From positions 16,186 through 80,185 of the forward strand of contig JANNBC010000009.1 of the NCBI GenBank assembly GCA_031385045.1: DNA of 64,000 bases, read 5' to 3'. Below, piece by piece: positions 8,555 to 18,849 of this stretch. The stretch's first letter is position 1. Every line of letters starts with the position of its first letter. This stretch comes from a bacterium. GTDB taxonomy: Bacteria; Bdellovibrionota_C; UBA2361; CALJRW01. The notes beneath the pieces are model-generated. The model ran no database searches and was not told the DNA's origin. It was given only the letters and a program-made list of their open reading frames with translations. The translations under genes were made by a program, and so were the position numbers.

Positions 8555-10804
8555 TTAGACACAATTCAAAGCTGCACCAGCTTTAAACCATTCAACTTGC
8601 TCCGAAGTTAATGTGTGGTTTAGAATACAACTTACTTGAGTGCCGTCAACTTTTTTCACTACTAAAGTAATTTTAGATTCTGGCTGAAGTTCTTTTAATC
8701 CAATTAGATCAAAGCGGGCATCCGCCGGAATTAAATCATAATCCTTGCTACTCGCAAAAGTTAATGGCAAAACGCCTTGCTTCTTTAAATTTGTCTCAGC
8801 AATACGGGCAAAACTTTTAGCGATTACAGCTAGACATCCTAAAAAGCGCGGTTGCATAGCCGCATGTTCCCGAGAAGATCCTTCTCCGTAATTCTCATCA
8901 GCAACAGCTATCCATCCCTGCTTGGCAGCTCGATATTGGAAACCAATCTCCGGGAAAGTAAAACCACCTTGTCCAGTTAAAACATTGACCCCAAGACCAG
9001 TTTCATTGGTAAAAGCATTTACTGCCCCAAGATATGTATTCTTAGCAATATTTTCTAGGTGCCCGCGATACTTAAGCCACGGACCTGCTTGAGAGATATG
9101 ATCGGTGGTACACTTGCCCTTAGCTTTTAAGAGCAAAACTAAATCATGATAATCATCCCCGTTCCAAGCTGGAAATCTTTCTAAGAATGCTAAGCGATCG
9201 CTCTTTGAATCAATCACAACTTGAGTTTTAGAATCAACCTGTGGAGGAAGATATCCTTCCTTACTAAGCATAAATCCTTTTGCCGGAAGCTCCTGACCTA
9301 CAGGGGCAGTAAACTTAAAGACAGAACCATCTGGCTTCTTCAGCTCATCCTTAACTGGGTTAAAGGACAATTTACCACTAAAAGTCATGGCAGTTACTAA
9401 CTCCGGAGAACCAATAAACGCCATGGTTTCTTCATTTCCATCATTTCGTTTTTTAAAATTACGATTATAACTTGTGATGATTGTATTTTTTTCTCCAGGC
9501 TTAATATCCTCTCTTTGCCATTGTCCAATACATGGCCCACAAGCATTGGCCAACACTGTGGCACCAGCTTGATTTAGCACATCCATCATGCCATCACGTT
9601 TAATAGTTTGAAAAACTTGATCACTCCCTGGGGTAACCATTAGTGGAATCTTTGCTTTTAAACCAGCATCAAGTGCTTGCTTAGCAACACTAGCCGCCCT
9701 GGAAATATCTTCATACGATGAGTTAGTACAACTTCCAATTAAGGCAAAACGAATATCGTCAGGATAATCCTCTGCTTTAACAGCAGCCGACATTTCCGAA
9801 ACAGTTCGATAAAGATCTGGAGTATGCGGACCCACCCAAGCAGGCTCTAATTTACTCAAATCAATCTCCACTAATTCATCGTAATATTTAGCTGGCTCAC
9901 TTAAGACTTCTGGATCAGGAGCTAGATTAGCAAGGTTCTTGTCAGCCAGCGTAGCAACTTCTTCTCGCTCAGTGAGCTTCAAATAAGCTGACATTTTTTG
10001 ATCGTATGGAAAAACTGAAGTTGTCGCGCCAAGCTCTGCTCCCATATTTGTAATCGTAGCTTTACCTGTACAACTTAAACTCTCAGCACCTTCTCCAAAG
10101 TACTCAATAATCTTACCTGTACCACCCTGAACAGTTAGCACGCCTGCTACTTTTAAAATAATATCTTTTGGTGATACCCAACCACTTAACTTTCCTTTTA
10201 AGTGAACACCAACAACTTTAGGATTTAATAATCCCCATGGAATACCTGCCATGACATCAACAGCATCTGCCCCCCCGACGCCAATTGCTAACATCCCTAA
10301 TCCACCTGCATTTGGTGTATGAGAATCAGTTCCCACCATCATCCCACCTGGGAAAGCATATTGCTCTAGAACAACTTGATGAATAATTCCCGATCCAGGC
10401 TTCCAAAAACCAACTTGATACTTTTCTGCTGCTGTTCTTAAGAACTCATAAACTTCAGCATTTTCATCAATTGATTTTAATAAGTCAGAAGCTGAACCAG
10501 AATGTGCACGGATTAAATGATCACAGTGAATTGTGGCCGGAACCTTGGAGGACTTAAGCTTTGTCGTCATGAACTGCAGCATCGCCATTTGCGCGGTAGC
10601 ATCTTGCATTGCCACACGATCAGGCTGAAAGTTAAGCGTATCTTCACCCCGAACTGGCTGGGTCTCAGGAAACTCAGCAATGTGAGAAAATAAAATTTTC
10701 TCAGTGAGTGTTAAGGGACGACCAAAGTAATCTTTGGCTTTCTTAATCTTAGTACCTAACTCCTGATAAAACTTTCTAACTAATTCTAAATCTCTAATTT
10801 CCAT
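8555..10804 (-). CDS. acnA: Aconitate hydratase, mitochondrial-type
   Basis: PDRVAMQDATAQMA, IHCDHLI, GTDSHT, IGSCTNSSYED, ACGPCIGQW, NYGEGSSREHAA. Confidence 0.93.
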   Translation of the reverse strand: MEIRDLELVRKFYQELGTKIKKAKDYFGRPLTLTEKILFSHIAEFPETQPVRGEDTLNFQPDRVAMQDATAQMAMLQFMTTKLKSSKVPATIHCDHLIRAHSGSASDLLKSIDENAEVYEFLRTAAEKYQVGFWKPGSGIIHQVVLEQYAFPGGMMVGTDSHTPNAGGLGMLAIGVGGADAVDVMAGIPWGLLNPKVVGVHLKGKLSGWVSPKDIILKVAGVLTVQGGTGKIIEYFGEGAESLSCTGKATITNMGAELGATTSVFPYDQKMSAYLKLTEREEVATLADKNLANLAPDPEVLSEPAKYYDELVEIDLSKLEPAWVGPHTPDLYRTVSEMSAAVKAEDYPDDIRFALIGSCTNSSYEDISRAASVAKQALDAGLKAKIPLMVTPGSDQVFQTIKRDGMMDVLNQAGATVLANACGPCIGQWQREDIKPGEKNTIITSYNRNFKKRNDGNEETMAFIGSPELVTAMTFSGKLSFNPVKDELKKPDGSVFKFTAPVGQELPAKGFMLSKEGYLPPQVDSKTQVVIDSKSDRLAFLERFPAWNGDDYHDLVLLLKAKGKCTTDHISQAGPWLKYRGHLENIAKNTYLGAVNAFTNETGLGVNVLTGQGGFTFPEIGFQYRAAKQGWIAVADENYGEGSSREHAAMQPRFLGCLAVIAKSFARIAETNLKKQGVLPLTFASSKDYDLIPADARFDLIGLKELQPESKITLVVKKVDGTQVSCILNHTLTSEQVEWFKAGAALNCV

Positions 10805-10942
10805 ATTTTTATAGTAAATCTCAAAAATTCTTAACGAAATAACCGAATTTACGGCGAGTATGAATATTGGATTTATCCAATTTCATGCCGCTATAACAAC
10901 ATCATATAGTGCTTAAGATAATAATCATAACCGCAAATACGT

Positions 10943-11719
10943 TTAAGAAGCACTATCACCTCTAGTAAAAACCAAATTATTGGCAGTCGATAATTTAGCA
11001 TTAAAGCTATAATTTTGACGAGTAAACTTTTTTATTCCATTTAAATCATTAACACGATTTCGTACAATGTAATCAGTCATCTCGCCTCGGGCCTTTTTTG
11101 CTAAAATTCCAACGATCTTGTGGCTGCTACCTTTTTTCTCTTTAAAATCAACCTTAATCACAGGAAGATCAAGCTTTGAAGTGATAACTTTAAAGTATTC
11201 TTCAGATGCCAAGTTAATGATAAATTTTGCTGCTAATTTCTTGGCATCCTTGTTTAATTGTAGAGAAACTTGATCCGCCCAGAATTCATATAAGTTTTTC
11301 CCTTTTGGATTAACAAGGCAAGTACTCATCTCTAATCGATAAGGTTGCATTAAATCTAAGGGAGAAAGCAATCCATAAAATCCCGATAAAATACGAACCT
11401 TATTTTGTAAAACTTGAAAGTCTTCCGCTTGATATTTTGCAAAATCAAAAGCTTGATAAACATCTCCCTTAAAGGCTAAAATCGCCGGCTTAGAATTAGC
11501 ATTAGTATCAGAATCTTGATAATTTTTTATGAACAGCAAGACCTGTTCTGCTAATTTTTCACTAATTGACATTAACTTTTTAATCTCAGCTAAGGATAGT
11601 TTTTTTAAAACCTTGGCCAGTTCAGTAGTCTCATTTTTAAAAACTCTTTTGCTAGTTTTTAGCTTAATAGCAGACTTAGAATAATCAAGAGTCTTTGCTG
11701 GTGAAATCAAAATAATCAT
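10943..11719 (-). CDS. yaaA: Peroxide stress protein YaaA (DUF328)
   Basis: ISPAKTLD, FKGDVY, ILSGFYGLL.PLD.MQPYRLEM, NLASEEY, AKKARG. Confidence 0.93.
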   Translation of the reverse strand: MIILISPAKTLDYSKSAIKLKTSKRVFKNETTELAKVLKKLSLAEIKKLMSISEKLAEQVLLFIKNYQDSDTNANSKPAILAFKGDVYQAFDFAKYQAEDFQVLQNKVRILSGFYGLLSPLDLMQPYRLEMSTCLVNPKGKNLYEFWADQVSLQLNKDAKKLAAKFIINLASEEYFKVITSKLDLPVIKVDFKEKKGSSHKIVGILAKKARGEMTDYIVRNRVNDLNGIKKFTRQNYSFNAKLSTANNLVFTRGDSAS

Positions 11720-11727
11720 GGATTAAA

Positions 11728-12939
11728 TTATACCTTAAAGAGCTTTTTAGCATGCCACAATGCTTTTTCTAATTGTAACAAATCAGATTCCTGACTGTAG
11801 ATTCCAAAACTTATTCGAGCAGTGGAGTGGAGCCCCAAAGCTTCTAATGCGGGCATGGCACAATGATATCCAGCGCGAATCTGGACATTAAACTGATCAC
11901 AAATACTAGCTAGGTCATGCGGATGAACTCCAACTAAGTTAAATGCTAATATGGAAGAGGTAATCTGAGAATCTTTTAGGCCATAAACTTCCACCCCTAC
12001 GAAGTTATTCAGCAAATTGGTAGCATTTAAGAAAAGCTGCCGATCGTTTTGTTCAATGGTATCCCAGCCAACTTCTTCCACAAAATTAATTGCTGCTCCT
12101 AGTCCAATAGCTTCAGCAATTGCTGGTGTTCCAGCTTCAAATTTAGCAGGAATCTCCGCCCAAGTGGAACCAGCAAGACTGACTGAGCTAATCATATCTC
12201 CTCCTCCTTGATAGGGCTCAAATCTATTTAAATGCTCTGACTTACCGTACAAAACTCCAATCCCAGTTGGGCCATAAATCTTATGTCCCGAAAAAACTAG
12301 GAAATCTACATCTAAATTTTGGACATCAATAGGTCCATGTAGAACTGCTTGGCAAACATCTAAAAGAACCAGCGCCCCAGATAACTTCGCAATTTTAATC
12401 ATCTCCAGATATGGGGTGATTGTTCCAAAGGCATTGGACTGCATTGTAAAACTACAAATCTTTGGCTTAAACTTTTGAACTTTAAGTTTAAAATCAGCTA
12501 GATCAATCTGCGCCTCAGGATTGATTTTAGCATATTGAATCTCTAGCCCATTGCGCTTTGCTTGAATCTGCCAAGGGACAATATTACTATGATGTTCCAG
12601 TTCAGTAAGCAGGATAGTGTCTCCCGTGGAACATTGTTGGGTAATTGAAGAAGCTACTAAATTAATTCCCTCCGTAGCATTACGAGTAAAAATAATCTCT
12701 TTTGCACTGACCGCATTGAGAAATTTTGCAATCTTCTCTCTTGATTCTTCATATTTAAGCGTAGCAGAGGCCGAGAGCAGATATGCGCCTCGATGAATGT
12801 TAGCATACTCTCGTAAATAAAAGTTCTGTAAAGTATCCGTGACTATCTTAGGCTTCTGGGCACTAGCAGCGGTATCAAGATAAGCTAAGTTATCCCCCTG
12901 ATTAGAAAATATTGGAAACTGTTGGCGGATTTTATTCAT
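11728..12939 (-). CDS. sufS: Cysteine desulfurase SufS
   Basis: YLDTAASAQKP, ANIHRG, EHHSNIVPW, FSGHKIYGPTGIG, RAGYHCA. Confidence 0.92.
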   Translation of the reverse strand: MNKIRQQFPIFSNQGDNLAYLDTAASAQKPKIVTDTLQNFYLREYANIHRGAYLLSASATLKYEESREKIAKFLNAVSAKEIIFTRNATEGINLVASSITQQCSTGDTILLTELEHHSNIVPWQIQAKRNGLEIQYAKINPEAQIDLADFKLKVQKFKPKICSFTMQSNAFGTITPYLEMIKIAKLSGALVLLDVCQAVLHGPIDVQNLDVDFLVFSGHKIYGPTGIGVLYGKSEHLNRFEPYQGGGDMISSVSLAGSTWAEIPAKFEAGTPAIAEAIGLGAAINFVEEVGWDTIEQNDRQLFLNATNLLNNFVGVEVYGLKDSQITSSILAFNLVGVHPHDLASICDQFNVQIRAGYHCAMPALEALGLHSTARISFGIYSQESDLLQLEKALWHAKKLFKV

Positions 12940-13159
12940 CTAGCTTTTATATTATTAATAATTCTAACAAAAGAAATTATAATTGTTGTGACTTTGGACG
13001 ATTTAAGCTGTTTAAATTTTACTAAAAATCTTATATTAATGATATTAGATAAAAGGTAAGATATAGCAACTTTTCCCCCACTTCTTGAAATAATTCGCTT
13101 GTAAAAATTAGTTTCATTAAAATTGCTAATTCTTTGAAATGGACTATAAACTCTAGATT

Positions 13160-14152
13160 ATGTCATCATATACAATCAAAAAGGTTTCATCTTCTGTCGA
13201 TATTAGAAACGATCGAAGTAATAAGAATAAACAAGTTAAATTTGCAATTATCCTAGTATTTGTTGCTATTATACTCTCTCTTCTCTTCACATTCTTTAGC
13301 GTTAGTACTAACCAGGCGTATGATAAATTTGTACAAAATCTAAAAGTTAATAATTTCACAAATGCAATTGTACACTTAGAAGCCTTTGATCGAATTTTTA
13401 AATCTAAATACTCAAAATTTAACTCTAGCGATTCTGTAAACTTACCAACGGCCCGAGAGAGAAAAGATTTCGTTGTAGCTTTAATTAAGGTCTTAGGGCA
13501 ACTTGGTCATAATGACCGACAGGAACAGCGTAAAGCACTTTTGACCATCAAGGGAATAATCACTAATATCAATAAGTTAACTGCTGGAGTCAGCGGTAGA
13601 AATGCCAGATTTAAACAAACGATTAAACAACAATATGCTACCTTAGTTGCTGATTATAAAGAACTTAGGAAAAAAGAAATTGTTGGGCCATTTAGAAGAA
13701 AAGAGAACCAAAACAGGATTTATCAACAAAGTATCCTTTCTCAGGATTTAGCTAATGAATTCGGTGCCTTAATGGGCATTGCGCCACAAACACTTCGAGG
13801 CCCGACTGACCAGACGAAGTTTTACGAATCTGGCGTACTTAAAGGCCTCCCAGTTCTAAACGGACTTCCTGATAATATTAAGGATATGAAACAGCTTAAA
13901 GATGAACTGCGAAAGCTTAGTGGCGAAGTTAGTCTTCGAGGAGGTGCCGAGACTCCTGAATTATTCCTGAAGAGACTAGAGGAAATTAGGGCTAAATGTG
14001 ATGTATTTTCACAACAAATCAAGAAGCTTACAATAGAATCGGATGATTACAGTATAGATATCAGCAAACTAGAAGAAGCCTTCTTAAAATCTAGCACTAA
14101 ATTTGTAACAGAATCAAAAAATTTCCTTGTCGATTATGTTCATCCTTTATAA
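13160..14152 (+). CDS. Hypothetical membrane-anchored coiled-coil protein
   Basis: 330-aa ORF with one N-terminal TM helix and a helical remainder; no motif recognised. Confidence 0.75.
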   Translation: MSSYTIKKVSSSVDIRNDRSNKNKQVKFAIILVFVAIILSLLFTFFSVSTNQAYDKFVQNLKVNNFTNAIVHLEAFDRIFKSKYSKFNSSDSVNLPTARERKDFVVALIKVLGQLGHNDRQEQRKALLTIKGIITNINKLTAGVSGRNARFKQTIKQQYATLVADYKELRKKEIVGPFRRKENQNRIYQQSILSQDLANEFGALMGIAPQTLRGPTDQTKFYESGVLKGLPVLNGLPDNIKDMKQLKDELRKLSGEVSLRGGAETPELFLKRLEEIRAKCDVFSQQIKKLTIESDDYSIDISKLEEAFLKSSTKFVTESKNFLVDYVHPL

Positions 14153-14289
14153 TGGTAAATAAGTTAGGTTTGTTGATCTGAATCATAACTCTTTAAAAGG
14201 GCTAGAATATTGTATTTATTAATCAATATTCCAAGGGTAAATCACTTTCCCCCGAATTACTGATTTTTTTCTAGATATTTTTTTTTTTA

Positions 14290-14318
14290 TTGACTGGCAC
14301 TACCCTGTACAGTAGTAT
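14290..14318 (+). promoter_or_regulatory. Sigma70 promoter
   Basis: TTGACT-17nt-TAGTAT preceded by a T-rich UP-like tract. Confidence 0.6.
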
Positions 14319-14387
14319 GCCCATCCGGCTTCGAAAAAGTTGTAAAATTTTCGTAATTTTTTGCTATTTTAAATCAATAAAATCAAT

Positions 14388-14687
14388 ATGAAAGCATGGT
14401 CTAACTCCGACACTTCCAAGAATCTAGGTTTCGTTCCAGAAAAGAAGCTATTAGTAGCTGTTTTACAAAGAGCTGTAACTGATTTCGTAACTGGTGATGA
14501 AGAAATGAAATCTGAATCATACGATTGGATTATGGATGAAGCTTTATTTGATGAAGAGATTCCACTAACTTTCCGATTTATCTGTGAGGCTTTAGACTTT
14601 GACGTTGATAGCCTAAGAACTGCGATCAGATTACATGCTGACACGCAAGGCGCTGATGCAATCAACGCTTTAAAACTAGCGGTCTAA
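14388..14687 (+). CDS. Small hypothetical protein
   Basis: 99-aa ORF PEKKLLVAVLQRAVTD...W...TFRFICEALDFD with its own promoter and terminator. Confidence 0.75.
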   Translation: MKAWSNSDTSKNLGFVPEKKLLVAVLQRAVTDFVTGDEEMKSESYDWIMDEALFDEEIPLTFRFICEALDFDVDSLRTAIRLHADTQGADAINALKLAV

Positions 14688-14717
14688 TTATTAGTAAGTA
14701 AATTGCTTGCTTCATTG

Positions 14718-14764
14718 AGCCCGATTAGATTTTATAGTAAATCTAATCGGGCTTTTTGTTTTTT
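14718..14764 (+). terminator. Rho-independent terminator
   Basis: 16-bp perfect stem AGCCCGATTAGATTTA/TAAATCTAATCGGGCT followed by a T-run. Confidence 0.85.
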
Positions 14765-14786
14765 AAGCTTTGCTTAAAAAACATCA

Positions 14787-14841
14787 CGTCGAAGCCTTCT
14801 TGCTCGGCATAATCTTCCATGTGCAATAAGGCGAAGACGGA
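14787..14841. repeat. REP-like palindrome (same family, reverse orientation, long loop)
   Basis: CGTCGAAGCCTT...AAGGCGAAGACGGA. Confidence 0.6.
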
Positions 14842-14929
14842 TTGTCAATAAATATCATTACCTAAGTAGATACATTAAATTCTAATTTAAAAGAGTTACG
14901 ATAAACTTTAAACTGAAAAATTAATCCCC

Positions 14930-16720
14930 ATGGAACCCCTAAAAGACAACCTCTACAAAATCCGCCACTCCTTAGCCCACGTAATGGCTCAAGCCGTATT
15001 AGAGATTCGTCCTAACGCCAAGCTTGCTTTCGGGCCAGCAATCGATAATGGCTGTTACTATGACTTTGATTTCGACCAAGCAATCTCTTCTGAGGATTTT
15101 CAAGACATTGAAAAACGGATGAGAAAAATCATCAATCAAAAACAAGTCTTCGAAGCTTCTAAAAAAACTCTAGCAGATGCCGTTAATTATCTTGATGAAC
15201 AACAAGAAAATTATAAAGTAGAATACTGCCAAGAGCTTGGAGAAAGAGGTGAAACTGAGATTGGATTCTATACTAACGGATCCTTCACTGACATGTGTGC
15301 CGGACCTCACGTGGAACACACTGGACAAATCCCCCACGACTGCTTTGCAATCGATACTCTAGCTGGCGCCTACTGGCGCGGAAGTGAAAAAAATAAACAG
15401 CTAACTCGAATCTACTGTTTAGTATTTAATAACAAAGCTGAGCTGAAAGACTACTTAGCAAAACGAGAACTTGCGAAACAACGTGACCATCGAAAACTGG
15501 GCAAAGAACTGGAGTACTTCATGATTTCAGATCAGGTAGGACAAGGACTTCCACTTTGGTTACCAAACGGAAATGTAATTAAAGAATCACTAGAAGTTTT
15601 TGCTAAAGAGATTGAAGCTCGAAATGGCTACAAGCGAGTAACAACTCCAGTAATTGCTAAAGAAGATCTGTTTTACACTTCTGGGCACTTACCCTACTAC
15701 GCCGCTGACATGTACCCACCGATGGAACTGGAAGGCGAATCAAAATACTATCTAAAGCCGATGAATTGTCCGATGCACCATCAGATTTATTCTCATCGCC
15801 CGAGGAGCTATCGGGAGCTTCCATTACGCCTAGCAGAGTACGCCCCTGTTTATCGCTACGAGTCTTCAGGTAGTCTTTCCGGACTGCTACGTGTTAGATC
15901 AATCTGTCAAAATGACGCCCATATTTATTGCGCAGTCGATCAATTAAAAGCTGAGTTAATCAGAACTTTTCAAATGACAATTGATTACTATAAAAAATTT
16001 CGCTTTGATCAGATCACCTTCCGTTACTCTACTCATAATCCTGAGAAAAAAGAGAAATTCGTGGATAACCCAGAGATGTGGGCCTTTACAGAAAAAGTTG
16101 TCAAAGAAGTAATCGATGACCTAGGAGTAGACTACATTTTAGGTGAAGGTGAAGCTGCTTTTTATGGACCAAAAATTGATTTTCAAGCAAAGAGCGTTTT
16201 AGGCAGAGAAGAATCAATTGGTACAACGCAACTTGATTTTGCTCAGCCAATTAACTTTGATCTTAAATATACTGGAGAAGACGGCGCAGAGCATCGTCCA
16301 TTTATCGTCCACCGTGCCCCATTAGGCTCTCATGAGCGCGTAGTAGCATTTCTAATCGAGCACTTTGGCGGAGCATTCCCAACCTGGATGAGCCCTGTAC
16401 AGGTGAAAATTGTTCCAGTAAATGCTAGTTGTGCCGAGTATGCTGCTAAGTTAGCAGAAGATCTACAACAACAAATGGTGCGCGTTGACGTTGATTATTC
16501 AGACAATTCTTTTAACAAAAAAGTACGTGAGGCAATTATTTCCAAGACTCCTAATATTCTAATTATTGGTAACAAAGAGGTCGAGGAAAATCAGGTAACT
16601 TGGAAGAAATATGCCTCTCAGAAGGAACAAGAAACTATTAGCTTTGCCGAATTCCAAACAAGACTTCAAACGGCAATCACAGAACGTTTAATGGATAATT
16701 TTGTTGATGTAAAAGTATAG
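14930..16720 (+). CDS. thrS: Threonine-tRNA ligase (short form, no N-terminal TGS domain)
   Basis: RHSLAHVMAQAV, DMCAGPH, RDHRKLG, LKPMNCP, GEAAFYGPKID. Confidence 0.97.
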   Translation: MEPLKDNLYKIRHSLAHVMAQAVLEIRPNAKLAFGPAIDNGCYYDFDFDQAISSEDFQDIEKRMRKIINQKQVFEASKKTLADAVNYLDEQQENYKVEYCQELGERGETEIGFYTNGSFTDMCAGPHVEHTGQIPHDCFAIDTLAGAYWRGSEKNKQLTRIYCLVFNNKAELKDYLAKRELAKQRDHRKLGKELEYFMISDQVGQGLPLWLPNGNVIKESLEVFAKEIEARNGYKRVTTPVIAKEDLFYTSGHLPYYAADMYPPMELEGESKYYLKPMNCPMHHQIYSHRPRSYRELPLRLAEYAPVYRYESSGSLSGLLRVRSICQNDAHIYCAVDQLKAELIRTFQMTIDYYKKFRFDQITFRYSTHNPEKKEKFVDNPEMWAFTEKVVKEVIDDLGVDYILGEGEAAFYGPKIDFQAKSVLGREESIGTTQLDFAQPINFDLKYTGEDGAEHRPFIVHRAPLGSHERVVAFLIEHFGGAFPTWMSPVQVKIVPVNASCAEYAAKLAEDLQQQMVRVDVDYSDNSFNKKVREAIISKTPNILIIGNKEVEENQVTWKKYASQKEQETISFAEFQTRLQTAITERLMDNFVDVKV

Positions 16721-16865
16721 TGTTTTTGTAAATGCTTTTAGCTATTTAGCAACGAGAAAAACACTATTTATGTTCTTTTTGCGGTGCGAGACTGGATACC
16801 TCCAGTTTCGCACTCGCCGTAAGTTACTGTTATTTTGACAAGAATTTTTGAAATTTACTTAAATA

Positions 16866-17048
16866 ATGACTACAAAAACCTACTGCCCAAGATGTGAACA
16901 AAGAGTTATTGAATCAAAATTCTTACCCTTCTGCTCCAAACAATGTGCGGATCACGATCTGGGAAAGTGGATTAATGAGGAACATACCATAGCAGGAGAG
17001 ATTTCCTATGATGATGTTGAGATTCTAATTAATGAAGAGGAAGCCTAA
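16866..17048 (+). CDS. yacG: DNA gyrase inhibitor YacG
   Basis: CPRC...[15 protein letters not shown]. Confidence 0.88.
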   Translation: MTTKTYCPRCEQRVIESKFLPFCSKQCADHDLGKWINEEHTIAGEISYDDVEILINEEEA

Positions 17049-17049
17049 A

Positions 17050-17080
17050 TTATTTGCAGTAGTCACCTACTGCAAATAAA
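17050..17080. terminator. Bidirectional terminator-like hairpin
   Basis: TTATTTGCAGTAG-TCAC-CTACTGCAAATAA between convergent genes. Confidence 0.7.
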
Positions 17081-17092
17081 CTAATAAGATTA

Positions 17093-17761
17093 TTAGCTCT
17101 CTGTAGATAGCGGCGCTTGTTTATTCTTTCCAAATTTAGCTCGTAGCACTTCAATTACTGCTGGAAGAATAGAAATAATAATAATTGCGATAATTACCAT
17201 TGAGAAATTATTCTTCACAAAAGGTAGTTCGCCAAAAAGATATCCGGCGCCAACCATCAAACCTACCCAAAGTGCTGCTCCAGAAATATTATAGACAGCA
17301 AATTTTCCATAATTCATCGAACCTACCCCTGCTAGGAAGGGAGCAAAGGTACGAATTATTGGAATAAAGCGAGCAATAATAATCGCCTTTCCACCATATT
17401 TTTCATAAAACTTTTGCGTCTTATGAAGGTATTCTAATTTAAAAAACTTAGAGTCCTTCCTCTGCCAAACTGCTGGCCCCATCATTGAGCCAATTTTATA
17501 ATTAAGCGCATCTCCCAGCACAGCTGCAACAAAGATAGTTAAGCAAATGAGACTCAGACTAACTGAACCTTTAGAGGCAAAAGCACCTGCCGCAAAAAGC
17601 AAAGAGTCCCCTGGCAAAAATGGCGTAACTACTAAACCTGTTTCGCAAAAAACTATCAGAAATAATATTAAGTAAGTCCAGGCGCCATAGTTGGCTATAA
17701 TCTGCGCTAAATGATCATCAATATGCAAGATGAAATCAAAGATAAATAAGATAAAATCCAT
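17093..17761 (-). CDS. dedA: DedA family membrane protein
   Basis: IVFCETGLVVTPFLPGDSLLF, ARFIPIIRTFAPF; start MDFILF at 17761 avoids overlap with pit. Confidence 0.93.
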   Translation of the reverse strand: MDFILFIFDFILHIDDHLAQIIANYGAWTYLILFLIVFCETGLVVTPFLPGDSLLFAAGAFASKGSVSLSLICLTIFVAAVLGDALNYKIGSMMGPAVWQRKDSKFFKLEYLHKTQKFYEKYGGKAIIIARFIPIIRTFAPFLAGVGSMNYGKFAVYNISGAALWVGLMVGAGYLFGELPFVKNNFSMVIIAIIIISILPAVIEVLRAKFGKNKQAPLSTES

Positions 17762-17769
17762 GGTTTTAG

Positions 17770-18846
17770 TTAGAAAGTAAAAACAAAAGCAGAGAGAACA
17801 TAGCCCAATCCTAAACAAACTGGAAGTGTGAAGATCCAAGCCCAAACCATCCGTTCCACCACTCCCCAGCTAATTGCCCGAAAGTTTTTAGCTGCACCAA
17901 CACCAGTGATAGAACTAGATATGACATGGGTTGTAGATAAAGGTATTCCTTGATTGCTAGCTAATTGAATTAAAATTGCAGCTGTTGTTTCCGCGGCAAA
18001 ACCATGGACTGGCTTTAATGTGACCATTTTATGTCCTAGCGTTTTAATAATCCGCCAACCACCCATCCAAGTTCCAGCAGCCATTGTAAAAGCACAAACT
18101 AATTTGATCCAAAGATCAATTGTTAGTGGCTGTCCTGGGGCCGAAGGCTCTATTGTTAAAAAGGAAAGCCCTGCCGGCAAGTTGGAAAGTTCCCCACTTT
18201 TTGTTGCGGCGACTAAAGTTAAAGCAATAATTCCCATCGTTTTCTGGGCGTCATTTAAACCATGAGAGTAGCCCATCCAGGCACTAGAAACTAATTGTAA
18301 TTTACCAAAGACACGATTTACCGTTTGTGGTTTCCACTTTCGAAGTCCTATGTAAAGCAGAATCATCACAAAGAATGCTAGAAAACCTCCAAGCAGTGGA
18401 GAGATAAACATCGGTAGAATTACTTTTGGTAAGATACCCTCAGCAGCACCGCTAGCACTTAGTGAATTAAATTTAACGACTGACCAATCCCCATGAGCGG
18501 AAACAATTGTTGCTCCGACAAGTCCACCTATTAAGGCATGACTAGAGCTAGATGGTAATCCAATTCTCCACGTGAATAAATTCCAGATAATACCAGCAAC
18601 TAATCCTGAGCAAATTGTGGCAGTAGTTACAAAATCAATATTAACCAAACCCTGACCAATTGTACTAGCAACCGCAGTTCCAGCTAATGCTCCAAGTAAG
18701 TTAAAGACTGCTGCCAGAACCACAGCCTGTCTTGGTGTTAAGACTTTTGTTGCCACAACAGTGGCAATGGAGTTTGCGGTATCATGGAAGCCATTAATAA
18801 ATTCAAAAACTAAGGCAACTACAATAACACCAAGCACTAACTCCAT
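17770..18846 (-). CDS. pit: Inorganic phosphate transporter, PiT family
   Basis: NGFHDTANSIAT, PSSSSHALIGG, HGLNDAQKTMG, PLSTTH. Confidence 0.95.
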   Translation of the reverse strand: MELVLGVIVVALVFEFINGFHDTANSIATVVATKVLTPRQAVVLAAVFNLLGALAGTAVASTIGQGLVNIDFVTTATICSGLVAGIIWNLFTWRIGLPSSSSHALIGGLVGATIVSAHGDWSVVKFNSLSASGAAEGILPKVILPMFISPLLGGFLAFFVMILLYIGLRKWKPQTVNRVFGKLQLVSSAWMGYSHGLNDAQKTMGIIALTLVAATKSGELSNLPAGLSFLTIEPSAPGQPLTIDLWIKLVCAFTMAAGTWMGGWRIIKTLGHKMVTLKPVHGFAAETTAAILIQLASNQGIPLSTTHVISSSITGVGAAKNFRAISWGVVERMVWAWIFTLPVCLGLGYVLSAFVFTF

Positions 18847-18849
18847 ACT

